DNA from: Candidatus Lindowbacteria bacterium RIFCSPLOWO2_12_FULL_62_27
GTDB taxonomy: Bacteria > Lindowbacteria > 2-12-FULL-62-27
Length of the DNA stretch: 37,659 bases
Reading direction: 5' to 3'
Assembly: GCA_001784175.1 (NCBI GenBank)
Contig: MFPR01000028.1
Coordinates: 225,955-263,613 of the forward strand
Shown here: one piece after another, positions 17,817 through 27,937 of the stretch
Numbering within the stretch: position 1 is the stretch's first letter
Layout of the letters: each line of letters opens with the position of its first letter
Position numbers and translations under genes: made by a program
Notes under the pieces: model-generated
Told to the model about the DNA's origin: nothing
Database searches by the model: none
The model's input: only the letters and a program-made list of their open reading frames with translations

Positions 17817-20800
17817 GTGAAGCGGTTGGCGCTGCTGGTCTGCCTGGCGGCGGTCTGTTGGCTGTGGCCTGTGGCCGGGTGGGGCGCGGACATCGCCCGG
17901 GATTTCAATACCGGCGTGTATCTCTACAAGCAGGGCGATTACGAGCTTGCGTCCAAGACCTTTGAGCTGATCCTCACCAAATTCCCCGGCGACCCGCGCA
18001 CCGACGAGGTGATGTACTGGTACGGAGAGTCGAAGTACCATCTGGGCAAGTACGCGGACGCGCTGGGCATCTACAAGAAACTCGCCGCCGAGTATCCGCA
18101 GTCCAAATTCGTGAGCAAGGCCGTCTTTTCCGCCGGCTACGCGGCGATGAAGCTCGGCCTCTACAGGGACGCCGCCGCGTTTTTCCAGAACGTCGCCGCC
18201 GATCCGGCCGCGGACAAGGACATCGTGGTGGAGAGCCGGATCGTGATTTCCGAATGCTATCTGAAAATGGGCGACGACCAGCAGGCCGAGAAGGCGCTCC
18301 GGGAGCTTCTCGCCATCCCCAAACTCCCCGCCGACCGCCGGCAGGAAGCCGAGTTCGAACTCGGAAAACTTCTGATCCGGCTGGGCCGGACGGCCGAGGG
18401 CCGCGCCACGTTTGCCCGCGTCGCCGAAAAACCCGGGCCACACCAGGCCGAGGCTCTCATGGCCCTGGGCGACGCCTCCTACAATGAGCGCAAGTATCGT
18501 GAGAGCCTCGGGTGGTACGAAAAGATTTTCCGGAAGGTCCGCGGCGTTTCGGCGGAATTCCGGTCGCGGGCCATCTACAACGGCGCGTGGTCGTATCTCG
18601 CGCTGGGCGAATTCGACAAGGCCCGGGCGCTGTTCACGGAGGTGATGGAGGACAAGTCCGCGATGCCGGCGGTCCGGGGCGACGCGGCGCTGCGGCTGGC
18701 GCAACTCTACCGCGAAAAAAACAATTATACCGCCGCGGACGAGATGGCGGTCGCCGCGGAAAAAATCGCCGACGAGCACAACCAGCCGCGCCTCAAGGAC
18801 GATGTGCTGATCTTCCGCGCGGAAACGGCGTACTTTCTGAAAAAATTCGACCAGGCCCTCGCTTTTCTCGCGCGCACGGCCGACAAGGGCTTCCGGGTCC
18901 AGCGGCTGATGGGCCAGATCTTTTTCGAAACCGGCCGGCCGGCCGACGCGGTGCTCTATTTCGAGCGCGCGGCCCTCCTGGCGGAAAACCGCGACGCGCT
19001 CAACCTGTGCCTGTTCGACGTCGGGCAGAGTTATTTCGCCGCCGGCAATTTCGATTCCTCCGTCACCACGCTGGGCCGGATCAAGGACGCGAACGCCGAA
19101 CTTTCGTGGCGGCTCAGGCCCTTCCTGGCCGACGCGTACCAGCAGGCGGGGCGCTACAAGGAGGCGGCGCGGCAATACGAGCGTCTGGCGGCCGACTTCT
19201 CGGACGACACGCCGGCGGCCCAACGCTACCGGTACTTCGGCGCCCTGTCGTCCTTTCAGGCCAAACTGTACACGCAGTCGTCGCGGCTCCTCGAATCATT
19301 TCTCTCCGCCCTCCCGACGTGGGCGCGGGCCGGCGACGTGGCCGGCGATTCGGTGGCCGCCGCCGCGTTGATTCTCGACGGCGACATCAAAACCGCGCGC
19401 GGCGACGCCGAAGACGCGCACGCCGCGTACCTGCGCGCGATCCAGGCCGCGCGGACCGTCGCCCCGGACAACGTCTTTCTCGCCTACTCGCATCTGATCG
19501 ATTTCGCCCTGAAATATGCCGAGGACCGGCTCGTCGAACATGCGGACGCCTTCGTCGAGTCTCTCGGCGACACGCGGACCTACGCCTTCGTCATCGACCG
19601 GCTCTATGATGCGGGCCAATACAAGAACCTCTTGAAATACACGGAGGAAATCATCCGGAAATTTCCGACCTCCGCCCAGGTGTACGGCAAGGCCGCCTAT
19701 TACCAGATGATGGCGCACTACAAGCGCGGCGAGCTGGCCGCATCGGAAACGACGCACGATGCGCTCGTGAAATGGGTGGCCGCCAACCCGAACACCGAGA
19801 TCGCCGAAGAGGCGCATTTCTGGAAGGCGCGCTTCGCCCAGGCGCGGGCCGGCCGCGCGGAGGCCAAGAAGGCGTATCTCGCCTACATCGATTTTTTTCC
19901 GACCGGAAAATATGTGAGCGAGGCCCATTTCAACATCGCGCTCATGGCCCTCGAAGACAACTACGCGGCCGAGGCCGAGGCGGAAATCATGCGGCTTCTG
20001 GCCGGTAAATCCCAGGAGGACATTCTCGCCTCCCCGCTCCTCGCCAACGCGCAGTACAACCTCGCGTCGGTCCGGATCCTTCAGGGCCGGTATCCGGACG
20101 CCGCGCAGATCCTCGAGCCGCTGGCGGCGCACAAATCGTTCAAGTCCGATCCGGCCTATCTCTACAAGCTCGGCTACGTCAAAGTATCTCTGGGCCAGTT
20201 GCCGGAGGCCGAGGCGCTGTTCCGGGATGTCCTGTCCAAGCCGAAGGTTCAGGCCTCGACGCTCGACAACACGATCTACGCGCTCTTCAATCTCCTCTAC
20301 CGCGCCGAGCGGTACGAGCAGCTCGAGTCGGATTTCAAGCGCTACGCGGACCGGATCCGGGACCGGGTGATCCAGGCGAGGGCCCGATTTCTGATGGGCA
20401 TGACCCTCTTCGACGCCGAGCGATTCAACGAGGCCATCCCGTATTTCCGGTCCGTCAAGCCCCCGGCCGACACCGAAATGGTGATCGAAGCCACCATGCG
20501 GCTCGCCGACTGCGACTACAATCTCAGGCGCTACAAACCCGCGCTCGACCGGTACGCCAAAATCTCCGACGACTATCCGGCCACGCGGTGGGGCCGCGAG
20601 GCGCTCTACGCCTCGGGTCTCTGCAAGATCAAGCTGGGGTTTCCGGAGGGCGCGCTGTCCGGCTTTGAGCGGTTCCTTCAGCAGAATCCCGACGAGCCGC
20701 TGGCGCGGGACGTCGCGATGGAGGCGGCCCGGCTGTATCTGTCGCGCGGCGACATCGACGCGGCGGAGCAGAAGATCGATTTTCTGGAGAAGCGGAACGT

Positions 20801-22586
20801 CGAAGGCCCTTTTGTAGAGGAGTCGATGCGGATGCGGATCAAGATATGGCAGCGCCGCGGAGACGCCGACAAGGTCCTGACGCTCGCCAAGTCTCACCGC
20901 GGCGCGTACGGCGCGAACCCCGACATCGCCATCGCCGCCGCCGAAGCCGCCATCAAGCTCGGCCGGCCGCAGGAGGCCATCGGCGTGCTGGAAGGATTCG
21001 ACAGCACGAAGGTCGACACCGGCGCGCTCGCCTTCATGGACTTTTATCGCGCCGAGGCGCTTCAGAAACTCGGACAGACCGGCGCCACCGAACTCTATCG
21101 CCGGCTCGCCGAGTTCCCCGACACCGAAATCCGCATCTCGTCGCGGTTCCGATACGGGCAGCAGCTTCTGGACGGCAAGGAATACGGCCAGGCCCGGGAG
21201 ATGTTCGCGTCGATCCTGGCCAGCCCCTCCGCGCGGACCTTTCCGTTTCATCAGGAGGCGGTCCTCAACGCCTTTACCGCCGCCAAGCTCGGCGGGTCGC
21301 CGGCCGAGGTCACGAGCCTGTACGAGAAATACCGGGGGCAGATCGTGGAGGAAAAGGACAAGATCACGGCCGCCGAACTCAACCTCTGGGCGCGGCTTGC
21401 ACTCAAGGACCCTGAAAAAATCCAGAATGCGATCGACGACCTCCTCGCGCTCAGCCTCGAATCACGACGCCGCACCGAAGTGCGGCTCGTCTCCGCGCAA
21501 TTCCACGAAACGACGAAGAATTTTTCGCAGGCCGACGCCATCTACACCGGCATCCTGAACAATCCGGAGGCCGACGCCGATCTCAAGCAGGTCGCGGAGT
21601 CGCGCAAAGTTCAGCTTGCCATCTCGCGCGGGCCGGGCGGCGCGCCCATTCTGGAGGAGTATCTCGCGAAGGGCGCGCAGGGCGAGTGGGCCCAGCGCGC
21701 GGCCGAGGCGCTCCTGGCGTCGGCCGTCCAGGAAAAGCGGTCTGCCGACATCATCCGGCTGGTCGATCACATGCACACCAAACTCGCCGCCACGCCCGCC
21801 GCGCGGTACGCGGCCGCCCTCGCGCGGCTGGCGCTGTCGGACACGATCGGCGCGATGGCCGAATTTCGCCGCGTGGCCGATCTGCCCTCGCCCGACACGT
21901 TTTACATCGCGTGGTCGGCCTACCGCATCGCCGTGGACGAGCTGGCGCTCCGGCGGATCGCGGAGTCGAAACCCTATCTGCGGCTGGCATGGATCAACCG
22001 CGCCAATCTCGATTCCGCCGCCGCCCTCAACACCTATCAGCAACTTGCCGAAATACTTTTTGAAAGCTCCGATTTCGAAGGCATGCAGGCGCTGGCTTCC
22101 GATCCGCCGCCCGCCGGGATGCCCTCCGAACCGCATCTTCTCAAGGGTTTGGGGGCGTGGTGGGTCAAGGACTACGCGACCGCGAGCCGGCACTTGAAGG
22201 AGGTTGCGAACCCGTCCGAGCAGATCCGCATGATCTATGCGCAGTCCCTCGCCCTCGCGGGAGACACCCCGTCGGCCATCGCGGTCTACGAGCGGCTCGG
22301 CGAAGGTCACGGCGATGTCCCGGGCCGGGCGCTTCTGTCGGTCGCGGGCCTCCTTGACGCGATGGGCAAAACAGAGGAAGGTTTGATTCAATGCTACAAG
22401 GTCCTTGCGGTCTACGAATCGGACACCCAGCTTGAGCTGGCCGCCGACGCGCTCCTGCAGATCGCGAGGCTTTACGCGAAGACCGGAAATCTGGAAAAAT
22501 CACAGGGCACGGCCAAGGACCTGATCAACAAATATCCCAACAGCCGCGCCGCGCGGGAAGCGCCCGCGCTGGCCAGCGGCCAATAA
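17817..22586 (+). CDS. Giant exported tetratricopeptide-repeat protein (1589 aa) with CpoB/BamD-like TPR blocks
   Basis: Signal peptide MKRLALLVCLAAV..AGWG. TPR pattern throughout, including FP.D.R..E..YW.GE at the start and KYPNS.AA at the end. Confidence 0.85.
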   Translation: MKRLALLVCLAAVCWLWPVAGWGADIARDFNTGVYLYKQGDYELASKTFELILTKFPGDPRTDEVMYWYGESKYHLGKYADALGIYKKLAAEYPQSKFVSKAVFSAGYAAMKLGLYRDAAAFFQNVAADPAADKDIVVESRIVISECYLKMGDDQQAEKALRELLAIPKLPADRRQEAEFELGKLLIRLGRTAEGRATFARVAEKPGPHQAEALMALGDASYNERKYRESLGWYEKIFRKVRGVSAEFRSRAIYNGAWSYLALGEFDKARALFTEVMEDKSAMPAVRGDAALRLAQLYREKNNYTAADEMAVAAEKIADEHNQPRLKDDVLIFRAETAYFLKKFDQALAFLARTADKGFRVQRLMGQIFFETGRPADAVLYFERAALLAENRDALNLCLFDVGQSYFAAGNFDSSVTTLGRIKDANAELSWRLRPFLADAYQQAGRYKEAARQYERLAADFSDDTPAAQRYRYFGALSSFQAKLYTQSSRLLESFLSALPTWARAGDVAGDSVAAAALILDGDIKTARGDAEDAHAAYLRAIQAARTVAPDNVFLAYSHLIDFALKYAEDRLVEHADAFVESLGDTRTYAFVIDRLYDAGQYKNLLKYTEEIIRKFPTSAQVYGKAAYYQMMAHYKRGELAASETTHDALVKWVAANPNTEIAEEAHFWKARFAQARAGRAEAKKAYLAYIDFFPTGKYVSEAHFNIALMALEDNYAAEAEAEIMRLLAGKSQEDILASPLLANAQYNLASVRILQGRYPDAAQILEPLAAHKSFKSDPAYLYKLGYVKVSLGQLPEAEALFRDVLSKPKVQASTLDNTIYALFNLLYRAERYEQLESDFKRYADRIRDRVIQARARFLMGMTLFDAERFNEAIPYFRSVKPPADTEMVIEATMRLADCDYNLRRYKPALDRYAKISDDYPATRWGREALYASGLCKIKLGFPEGALSGFERFLQQNPDEPLARDVAMEAARLYLSRGDIDAAEQKIDFLEKRNVEGPFVEESMRMRIKIWQRRGDADKVLTLAKSHRGAYGANPDIAIAAAEAAIKLGRPQEAIGVLEGFDSTKVDTGALAFMDFYRAEALQKLGQTGATELYRRLAEFPDTEIRISSRFRYGQQLLDGKEYGQAREMFASILASPSARTFPFHQEAVLNAFTAAKLGGSPAEVTSLYEKYRGQIVEEKDKITAAELNLWARLALKDPEKIQNAIDDLLALSLESRRRTEVRLVSAQFHETTKNFSQADAIYTGILNNPEADADLKQVAESRKVQLAISRGPGGAPILEEYLAKGAQGEWAQRAAEALLASAVQEKRSADIIRLVDHMHTKLAATPAARYAAALARLALSDTIGAMAEFRRVADLPSPDTFYIAWSAYRIAVDELALRRIAESKPYLRLAWINRANLDSAAALNTYQQLAEILFESSDFEGMQALASDPPPAGMPSEPHLLKGLGAWWVKDYATASRHLKEVANPSEQIRMIYAQSLALAGDTPSAIAVYERLGEGHGDVPGRALLSVAGLLDAMGKTEEGLIQCYKVLAVYESDTQLELAADALLQIARLYAKTGNLEKSQGTAKDLINKYPNSRAAREAPALASGQ

Positions 22587-22603
22587 TACGTGAGGTGGAC
22601 GAC

Positions 22604-22975
22604 ATGAAGAAACTTATGACAGTGTTTGCGGCGGCGCTCGGCGTTCTGGCGCTTGTGAATGTGTGCCTGGCCTTGCCGGCCGGCGCGGCCGAGCGCAAGG
22701 AGGAGGCGACCGTGGTCGGCAAGGACCGCTCGGCCCAGGCCGGCGAGGTGCCGTCCGACACGCGCGCCGTGGCGACGGAGTCGAAAATGAAGAAGGAGGA
22801 GGCGCCGGCCGGACTCAAAACCGACGCGCCCGGCGTTCGCACCGCCGAGAAGATGGAAAAACCGAAATTGCCGGAGCCGGACCGCAAGAAACCGGAGCAC
22901 CGGCGGGGATTCGGCGACACGCCGATCTGGATATGGATCCTGGTTGCGGGGATCCTGGTGGCGGTGGCCGGATAA
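22604..22975 (+). CDS. Small exported protein with a charged low-complexity body and a C-terminal TM anchor
   Basis: GAGGTG RBS, MKK plus hydrophobic signal, K/E/P-rich middle, terminal helix PIWIWILVAGILVAVAG*. Confidence 0.7.
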   Translation: MKKLMTVFAAALGVLALVNVCLALPAGAAERKEEATVVGKDRSAQAGEVPSDTRAVATESKMKKEEAPAGLKTDAPGVRTAEKMEKPKLPEPDRKKPEHRRGFGDTPIWIWILVAGILVAVAG

Positions 22976-23015
22976 GGACGATTGACCCTATCTTTGAACA
23001 AAGGAGCCTGACGAT

Positions 23016-23585
23016 ATGACCGCGATTGCGGAATTGACGGAAAAAGGCGGGTTCATGATGTGGCCGTTGTATGCGACCGCCATCGCCTGCCTGTTTTTCA
23101 TGTTCGAGCGCGTCCAGGCGCTCTGGAAGTTTCGAAAACGCGAGATCGCGTTTTTGCAGGACGTCGACGCCGAAGGCCTGAGGGTGGCGGCGGGCCGCGC
23201 CGACCAGTTCGGTCCCGCGCGCGTGATCGCGGCCGGCCGCGGGGTCGACGCGACGCTGGCGCAGTTGACCGAGGTTCTGGAACGTGACCTCGGCCGGTTT
23301 TTGCACGCCTTTGCGGCCATTTACAAGGGCGCTCCGCTCATGGGACTTCTTGGCGCGACCCTCGGGATCATCAAGGTATTCCGGAAACTGTCAGTGCAGG
23401 GACTGGAGCAGATGGAGTATTTCGCCGGCGGCATCTCGGAGGTTCTCGTGGCCACCGCCACCGGCCTGGCCATCGCCATCCCCGCGCTCTTTTTCGCCTT
23501 CTACCTCAACGGCCACCTCGCGCGAAAAATCAGCCAGTACGAAACGCTCTACCTCGGCGAATTGGAAAAGGAGCGGACTCGCTGA
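23016..23585 (+). CDS. exbB: MotA/TolQ/ExbB proton-channel family protein (short form)
   Basis: AAGGAG RBS. GGFMMWPL..ER, APLMGLLGA, AGGISEVLVATATGLAIAIPA. Confidence 0.88.
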   Translation: MTAIAELTEKGGFMMWPLYATAIACLFFMFERVQALWKFRKREIAFLQDVDAEGLRVAAGRADQFGPARVIAAGRGVDATLAQLTEVLERDLGRFLHAFAAIYKGAPLMGLLGATLGIIKVFRKLSVQGLEQMEYFAGGISEVLVATATGLAIAIPALFFAFYLNGHLARKISQYETLYLGELEKERTR

Positions 23586-24055
23586 TGGTCCTGCCATCGC
23601 GCGCGCCCGGCCGCCGGGAGGGGGAAGCGGAGGAGGGGAGGCTGCGCCGTCGGAAGAGCCGGATGTTTCAGACCGATCTCGACTTTGAGATCGTCCCCTT
23701 CATCGACACCATCATTCTCCTCCTCATGTTCGTCGTCGTCACCACCTCCTTCCGCGGGCAGCCCGGCATCAAGGTCGACCTGCCCGCTTCGGCCGCCACC
23801 CCGGCCGAAATCCCCAAATTCACGGAGGTCGCCATCACACAGGAGGGGAAGCTATATATCGGAAAGCAGGAGATTCCCACCCTCGCCGAGATCGGCCCCG
23901 CCCTTCAGGCCCAGGCCGCCGCGTCGCCCTCCAAAATCCTGCTCGTGCGGGCCGACCGCAACACCCGGCACGGGCTGGTGGTCGCCGTCATCGACGCCGC
24001 CAAACGCGCGGGCTTCATCGAAGCGACCATCGCCACCATCAGCGCGCAGGAATAA
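23585..24055 (+). CDS. exbD: ExbD/TolR family protein
   Basis: IVPFIDTIILLLMF (essential Asp), IKVDLP, VRAD, VVAVIDAAKRAG. Confidence 0.9.
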   Translation: MVLPSRAPGRREGEAEEGRLRRRKSRMFQTDLDFEIVPFIDTIILLLMFVVVTTSFRGQPGIKVDLPASAATPAEIPKFTEVAITQEGKLYIGKQEIPTLAEIGPALQAQAAASPSKILLVRADRNTRHGLVVAVIDAAKRAGFIEATIATISAQE

Positions 24056-24058
24056 CCC

Positions 24059-24976
24059 GTGCCCAGCGCCGTCTGGACCGACCTCTGGCAGCGGATCGTC
24101 GAGCGCGCGCGGCTGTATCTGTCGGTGGAGCAAAACCGCCGGGACGCCCAGAGCATGGCGGCGTCCCTCGTTTCGTTTTTCATTTTCCTCTGGATTGCCG
24201 CCGGCGGCTTCATGCCGTCCTATCTGTTCATCGACCGGCCCGGCCGCGCCATCACAGTGAAGTTCGAGGCGGCGCGGGAAACGGCCTTCGCGGAGATCGC
24301 CCAGACGCGGCTCCAGACGGCGGCAGGCCGGCCGCGGCCAAGCACGGTTCAGCCGCCCAAGTCCAATCGGCCTTTCCCGTCAACGCTTAGGTCGATGGCC
24401 GCCGGCCGGCCGGATTATTTCGGCCGGCTGCCGCTCCAGCCGCCTTCCGACAAGAACCGGCCGGTCATGCCGGACGCGCCGGTCCAGTGGCAGGAGCATC
24501 GCACGACCTCCGAGCCGGCCACGAACCGGCCGGTGTACGGATCCGGGCCTGTCGATTTGCCGTCTCCCAGGATCGGCACGCCGACCGGCCAGGGTCCGCC
24601 GACCTCCGAAGTGACGTTTGATGTCCCCGTGTCCGGCGGCGCCAAAGGCGGCGCCGATTTCATCTCGCTCTCCGGTTCCTCCCGCCCGTCGTCCATCGGG
24701 CAGCCCGGCGGCAAGGAACTGTCGACCCGCCGGCCGATCAAGCACAAGCCGCTGCCGACCATCCCGGAATGGTTTGAGCGCAAGGGCTTGGATAGCATCG
24801 TGACGTTCCGCGTGGTGGTCGCGGCGTCGGGCCGGGTCGAATCAGCCGATGTGGAGCAGACGAGCGGGTTCAAGGACATTGACGCGGAGGCCCGGGCGCA
24901 CGTCCTGCAATGGGTCTTCGAGCCCACCGGATTCCGCGAAACGATCATCGTTAAACTCAATTACAGGCTCCGATAA
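24059..24976 (+). CDS. tonB: TonB-family energy transducer
   Basis: N-terminal TM, Pro/Gly-rich linker, TonB_C-like end (P.IP..VTFRVVV..SGRV..SGF..ID..A..WVFEP). Follows exbBD. Confidence 0.8.
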   Translation: MPSAVWTDLWQRIVERARLYLSVEQNRRDAQSMAASLVSFFIFLWIAAGGFMPSYLFIDRPGRAITVKFEAARETAFAEIAQTRLQTAAGRPRPSTVQPPKSNRPFPSTLRSMAAGRPDYFGRLPLQPPSDKNRPVMPDAPVQWQEHRTTSEPATNRPVYGSGPVDLPSPRIGTPTGQGPPTSEVTFDVPVSGGAKGGADFISLSGSSRPSSIGQPGGKELSTRRPIKHKPLPTIPEWFERKGLDSIVTFRVVVAASGRVESADVEQTSGFKDIDAEARAHVLQWVFEPTGFRETIIVKLNYRLR

Positions 24977-24993
24977 TCGCGAGGCAATCCGCA

Positions 24994-27363
24994 ATGAAAC
25001 TCCTCCCCTTGGGTGGGGGACGAGCGTTGCTCGGATGCGTTTTGTCCATTCTGACCTTCCTGTCACCCGCCGCCGCCGTCGAAGTGTACCGCGTCGACGT
25101 GATCGATTTTCAGGGCAACCGCGTGCACACCGCCAATGAGCTTCGCCTGTCGGTCCAGCTCTCCGAGGGCGTCACGCTCTCGAAGGAAACGCTGAAGACC
25201 GCGGCCGGCGACGACGTCCACCGGCTCTACGCCACCGGATTCTTCTCCGACATCCGCGCCGACATCCAGTTCCGCGAGGACCGCACGGCCTTCGTGACCT
25301 TCCTCGTGGTCGAACAGCCCCAGATATCCGACGTCGTCTTCTCGGGACTCAAAAAACTGGATGAAAAATCCCTCCGCGACGTCCTCCCGACCAGTTTTTC
25401 AGCCGGAAATTTTCTGAACGAGTATCTGCTCAAGCGCGCCGAAAGCGCGATCCTGAACCGCTACTACGAGGACGGCTACTATTTCGCCAAAGTCACGGTC
25501 GTGAAGGAGCCCGTGGAGGCCGACCGCGTGCGCGTGCGGTTTGATGTGGAGGAGGGCGACAAGCTCAAGGTCGGCCGGTTCGAGGTCGAGTTCGACCGCC
25601 GGATGCCGCCGTTTGAGGGGTGGCGGCGAAAGATGCAGATCAAGTGGCATTTCTCGACCGGCAAGGGTGCGATATACTCCAGGGAACTCCTGAACAACGA
25701 CGTGAAACGCTTTGTCGACGTCCTCAAGGAAAAGGGGTACCTCCTGGCCGCGATCGAACCCCGGACGGAAATCGACTCCAAGCGGCGCCGCATGAACGTG
25801 CGGCTCATCGTCCATGTCGGCCCCCGCATGCGCGTCGGGCACATCTCGTTCGAAGGCAACAAGGTCCTGCCCGAATCGGACCTGCGGCCGAAACTGGCGT
25901 TCGCCTCCGGCGAGTTTTTCACCCTCAAGAAATTCTCGCAGTCGATGGAGAGCATCCGCAAAGCCTACGAGAAAATCGGATATCTCGAAGCCGAGGTCCT
26001 CAACCGGCCCACCATCCTCGAGGAGGCAGGGCGCGTCGATTTCACCATCGACATCCGCGAGGGCCAGCTCATCTATGTCGAGCAGATCCTCGTGGAGGGC
26101 CTGACAAAAACCCGGTCCAAAATCGCACGGCGGGAAATCGTGCAGAAAGAAGGCGAACGGTACGACGGCGAGCTGGTGGACCTGTCCAAGCGAAACCTGA
26201 ACAACACGGGATATTTTGAAAACGTCATCGTGTTGACGGAAAAAGGATCCAAGCCCAACGCCCGCGTCCTCATCTTCCGGCTCGCCGAGGGACGCACCGG
26301 CACGCTGCAGATCGGCATGGGATTTTCGTCCCTCAGCGGGTTTGTCGGATTTTCCTCCATCTCCAAACGCAATTTCGACCTGTTCGACCATCCGTTCAAG
26401 AAGGACAACAAGAGCCCCTATTTCACCGGCGCCGGCCAGAACATCTCCACGTCGGTCGAGGTCGGCAGCAAGCGCACGAATTTCGACGTCTCATGGACCA
26501 ACCCGTGGATCAACGACCGCTTGAAATCCGAACGGCCCAGCCCCCGCTTCCCGACTTCCCTCACCACGCGTGTCTTTCGGTCGGGACAGGATTACGACCA
26601 GTACCACGAAAACCGAAACGGCGTGAACTTCCAGCTCGGCCGGCGATTCGGCAATTTCCTCTCGGGCTTCATGGGCTACCGCTGGGAGGGCGTGCGGCTT
26701 TCGGACATTCAAACCGGCGCGCCCGCGTCGATCCTCCTCCTCGGCAACCGGGACGATGCGGTCTCGGCCTTTTCCTTCGGCAGCACCTACGACCACACCG
26801 ACAATGTCTTTTGGCCGACGCGGGGCGTGCGGATCGCGTTCGAAGACGAAATTGCCGGCATCGGCGGGAACGTCGAGTTCAACCGCCCCTCCCTGGACCT
26901 GCGCGCGTTCCGGTCGGGCGGCTGGAAAAACGTGGTCGCCTTCCGGATGAATTTCGTCACCGTCTCCAATCCATTCAGCAGCGACGTCCCGCCCGACTAT
27001 GAGCAATTCTATCTCGGCGGGCCCAACAGCGTCCGGGGATACGACGACCGCGAGATCAACGTCCGCAGCGTCGCCGGCCAGAAGGAGGGCGGCCGCACCG
27101 CCACCTACTACAACCTCGAGTACCGCATCCCCGTCCTCGAAAATACCTTCAGCATCCTCCTCTTCCACGACGCCGGCATGGTCAGCGAAAGCCCCTACGC
27201 GCTGAACGGCGACGTCAAAACGAGCGCCGGCCTGGGCCTCCGCGTCCAGAGCCCCATGGGACCCATCCGCCTCGATTTCGGCTACCGCTTCAGCGACACG
27301 TACCGGGGCGCCAACGACAAGGGCCAGTTCGAACCGCACTTCTCGTTCGGACAGCAGTTTTGA
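24994..27363 (+). CDS. bamA: Outer membrane protein assembly factor BamA
   Basis: Signal peptide, POTRA repeats (LYATGFFSD, GYYFAKV, LNNTGYFENV), barrel with FYLGGPNSVRGY, SAGLGLRVQSPMGPIRLDFGY, terminal FSFGQQF. Confidence 0.93.
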   Translation: MKLLPLGGGRALLGCVLSILTFLSPAAAVEVYRVDVIDFQGNRVHTANELRLSVQLSEGVTLSKETLKTAAGDDVHRLYATGFFSDIRADIQFREDRTAFVTFLVVEQPQISDVVFSGLKKLDEKSLRDVLPTSFSAGNFLNEYLLKRAESAILNRYYEDGYYFAKVTVVKEPVEADRVRVRFDVEEGDKLKVGRFEVEFDRRMPPFEGWRRKMQIKWHFSTGKGAIYSRELLNNDVKRFVDVLKEKGYLLAAIEPRTEIDSKRRRMNVRLIVHVGPRMRVGHISFEGNKVLPESDLRPKLAFASGEFFTLKKFSQSMESIRKAYEKIGYLEAEVLNRPTILEEAGRVDFTIDIREGQLIYVEQILVEGLTKTRSKIARREIVQKEGERYDGELVDLSKRNLNNTGYFENVIVLTEKGSKPNARVLIFRLAEGRTGTLQIGMGFSSLSGFVGFSSISKRNFDLFDHPFKKDNKSPYFTGAGQNISTSVEVGSKRTNFDVSWTNPWINDRLKSERPSPRFPTSLTTRVFRSGQDYDQYHENRNGVNFQLGRRFGNFLSGFMGYRWEGVRLSDIQTGAPASILLLGNRDDAVSAFSFGSTYDHTDNVFWPTRGVRIAFEDEIAGIGGNVEFNRPSLDLRAFRSGGWKNVVAFRMNFVTVSNPFSSDVPPDYEQFYLGGPNSVRGYDDREINVRSVAGQKEGGRTATYYNLEYRIPVLENTFSILLFHDAGMVSESPYALNGDVKTSAGLGLRVQSPMGPIRLDFGYRFSDTYRGANDKGQFEPHFSFGQQF

Positions 27364-27380
27364 AGAAGAGAATATGAGAA

Positions 27381-27422
27381 GGGTTCGAGGGTTCGAGGGT
27401 AAAATCGGCGTGACAGTTCAAG
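27381..27422 (+). repeat. Left outer inverted repeat: (GGGTTCGA)2-GGGTAAAA...TTCAAG
   Basis: Octamers at 27381-27388 and 27389-27396. Reverse complement of the 27938-27985 block. Confidence 0.85.
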
Positions 27423-27900
27423 TAACCCTTTCCTCTCGCGAAGGCGCAAAGGTCGCGAAGAATGGATGAGAACGAGATAGGGAGAATAGTCGTAGATGCG
27501 GCCATCTGCGTCCATCGTGAACTGGGCCCGGGTCTTCTTGAAACCGTGTATGAGGTTGTATTGGGAAGAGAACTCGAAGATCGCGGGTTGAAAGTCGAGA
27601 GACAAGTTGCTGTTACCATTGAGTGCCGAGGAATCCGGTTTGACGAGGGATTCCGAGCCGACATCATCGTTCAGCGCAAAGTCATCTTGGAGCTGAAGTC
27701 AGTGGTTAAGGTGACAGATGTTCACAAGAAACAACTGTTGACGTACCTGAAATTGTCCGGGCTACGCCTCGGATTTCTTCTCAACTTCGGTGAGGCTTTG
27801 ATGAAAGACGGTATCACCCGTACCGTGAATAGACTGCCGGAAGGCTGATGATCCGCTTGGCGTGCTTTGCGTCTTGGCGAGAGAATAGGCTGAATAGTTA
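27423..27900 (+). mobile_element. Inverted-repeat-bounded GxxExxY cassette (putative mobile unit)
   Basis: 27434-27460 and 27856-27882 form a 27-nt inverted repeat (22/27 by hand) tightly bracketing the gene. Putative termini TAAC (27423-27426) and GTTA (27897-27900). Lower GC than the flanks. Confidence 0.55.
27462..27848 (+). CDS. GxxExxY protein (PD-(D/E)xK nuclease fold)
   Basis: VHRELGPGLLETVYE (GxxExxY), FRADIIV..ILELKSV, QLLTYLKL..GFLLNFG. Confidence 0.93.
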   Translation: MDENEIGRIVVDAAICVHRELGPGLLETVYEVVLGRELEDRGLKVERQVAVTIECRGIRFDEGFRADIIVQRKVILELKSVVKVTDVHKKQLLTYLKLSGLRLGFLLNFGEALMKDGITRTVNRLPEG

Positions 27901-27937
27901 GTGCGCCGTGAGAATGTTGAAGGAGTTGATTCGCTCT

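Noticed and set aside
15856-21251. Long antisense ORFs (652, 519 and 651 aa; similarly 3589-5322 and 6793-8562)
   Set aside because: Shadow frames of high-GC genes with no recognisable motifs, fully overlapping well-supported CDSs.
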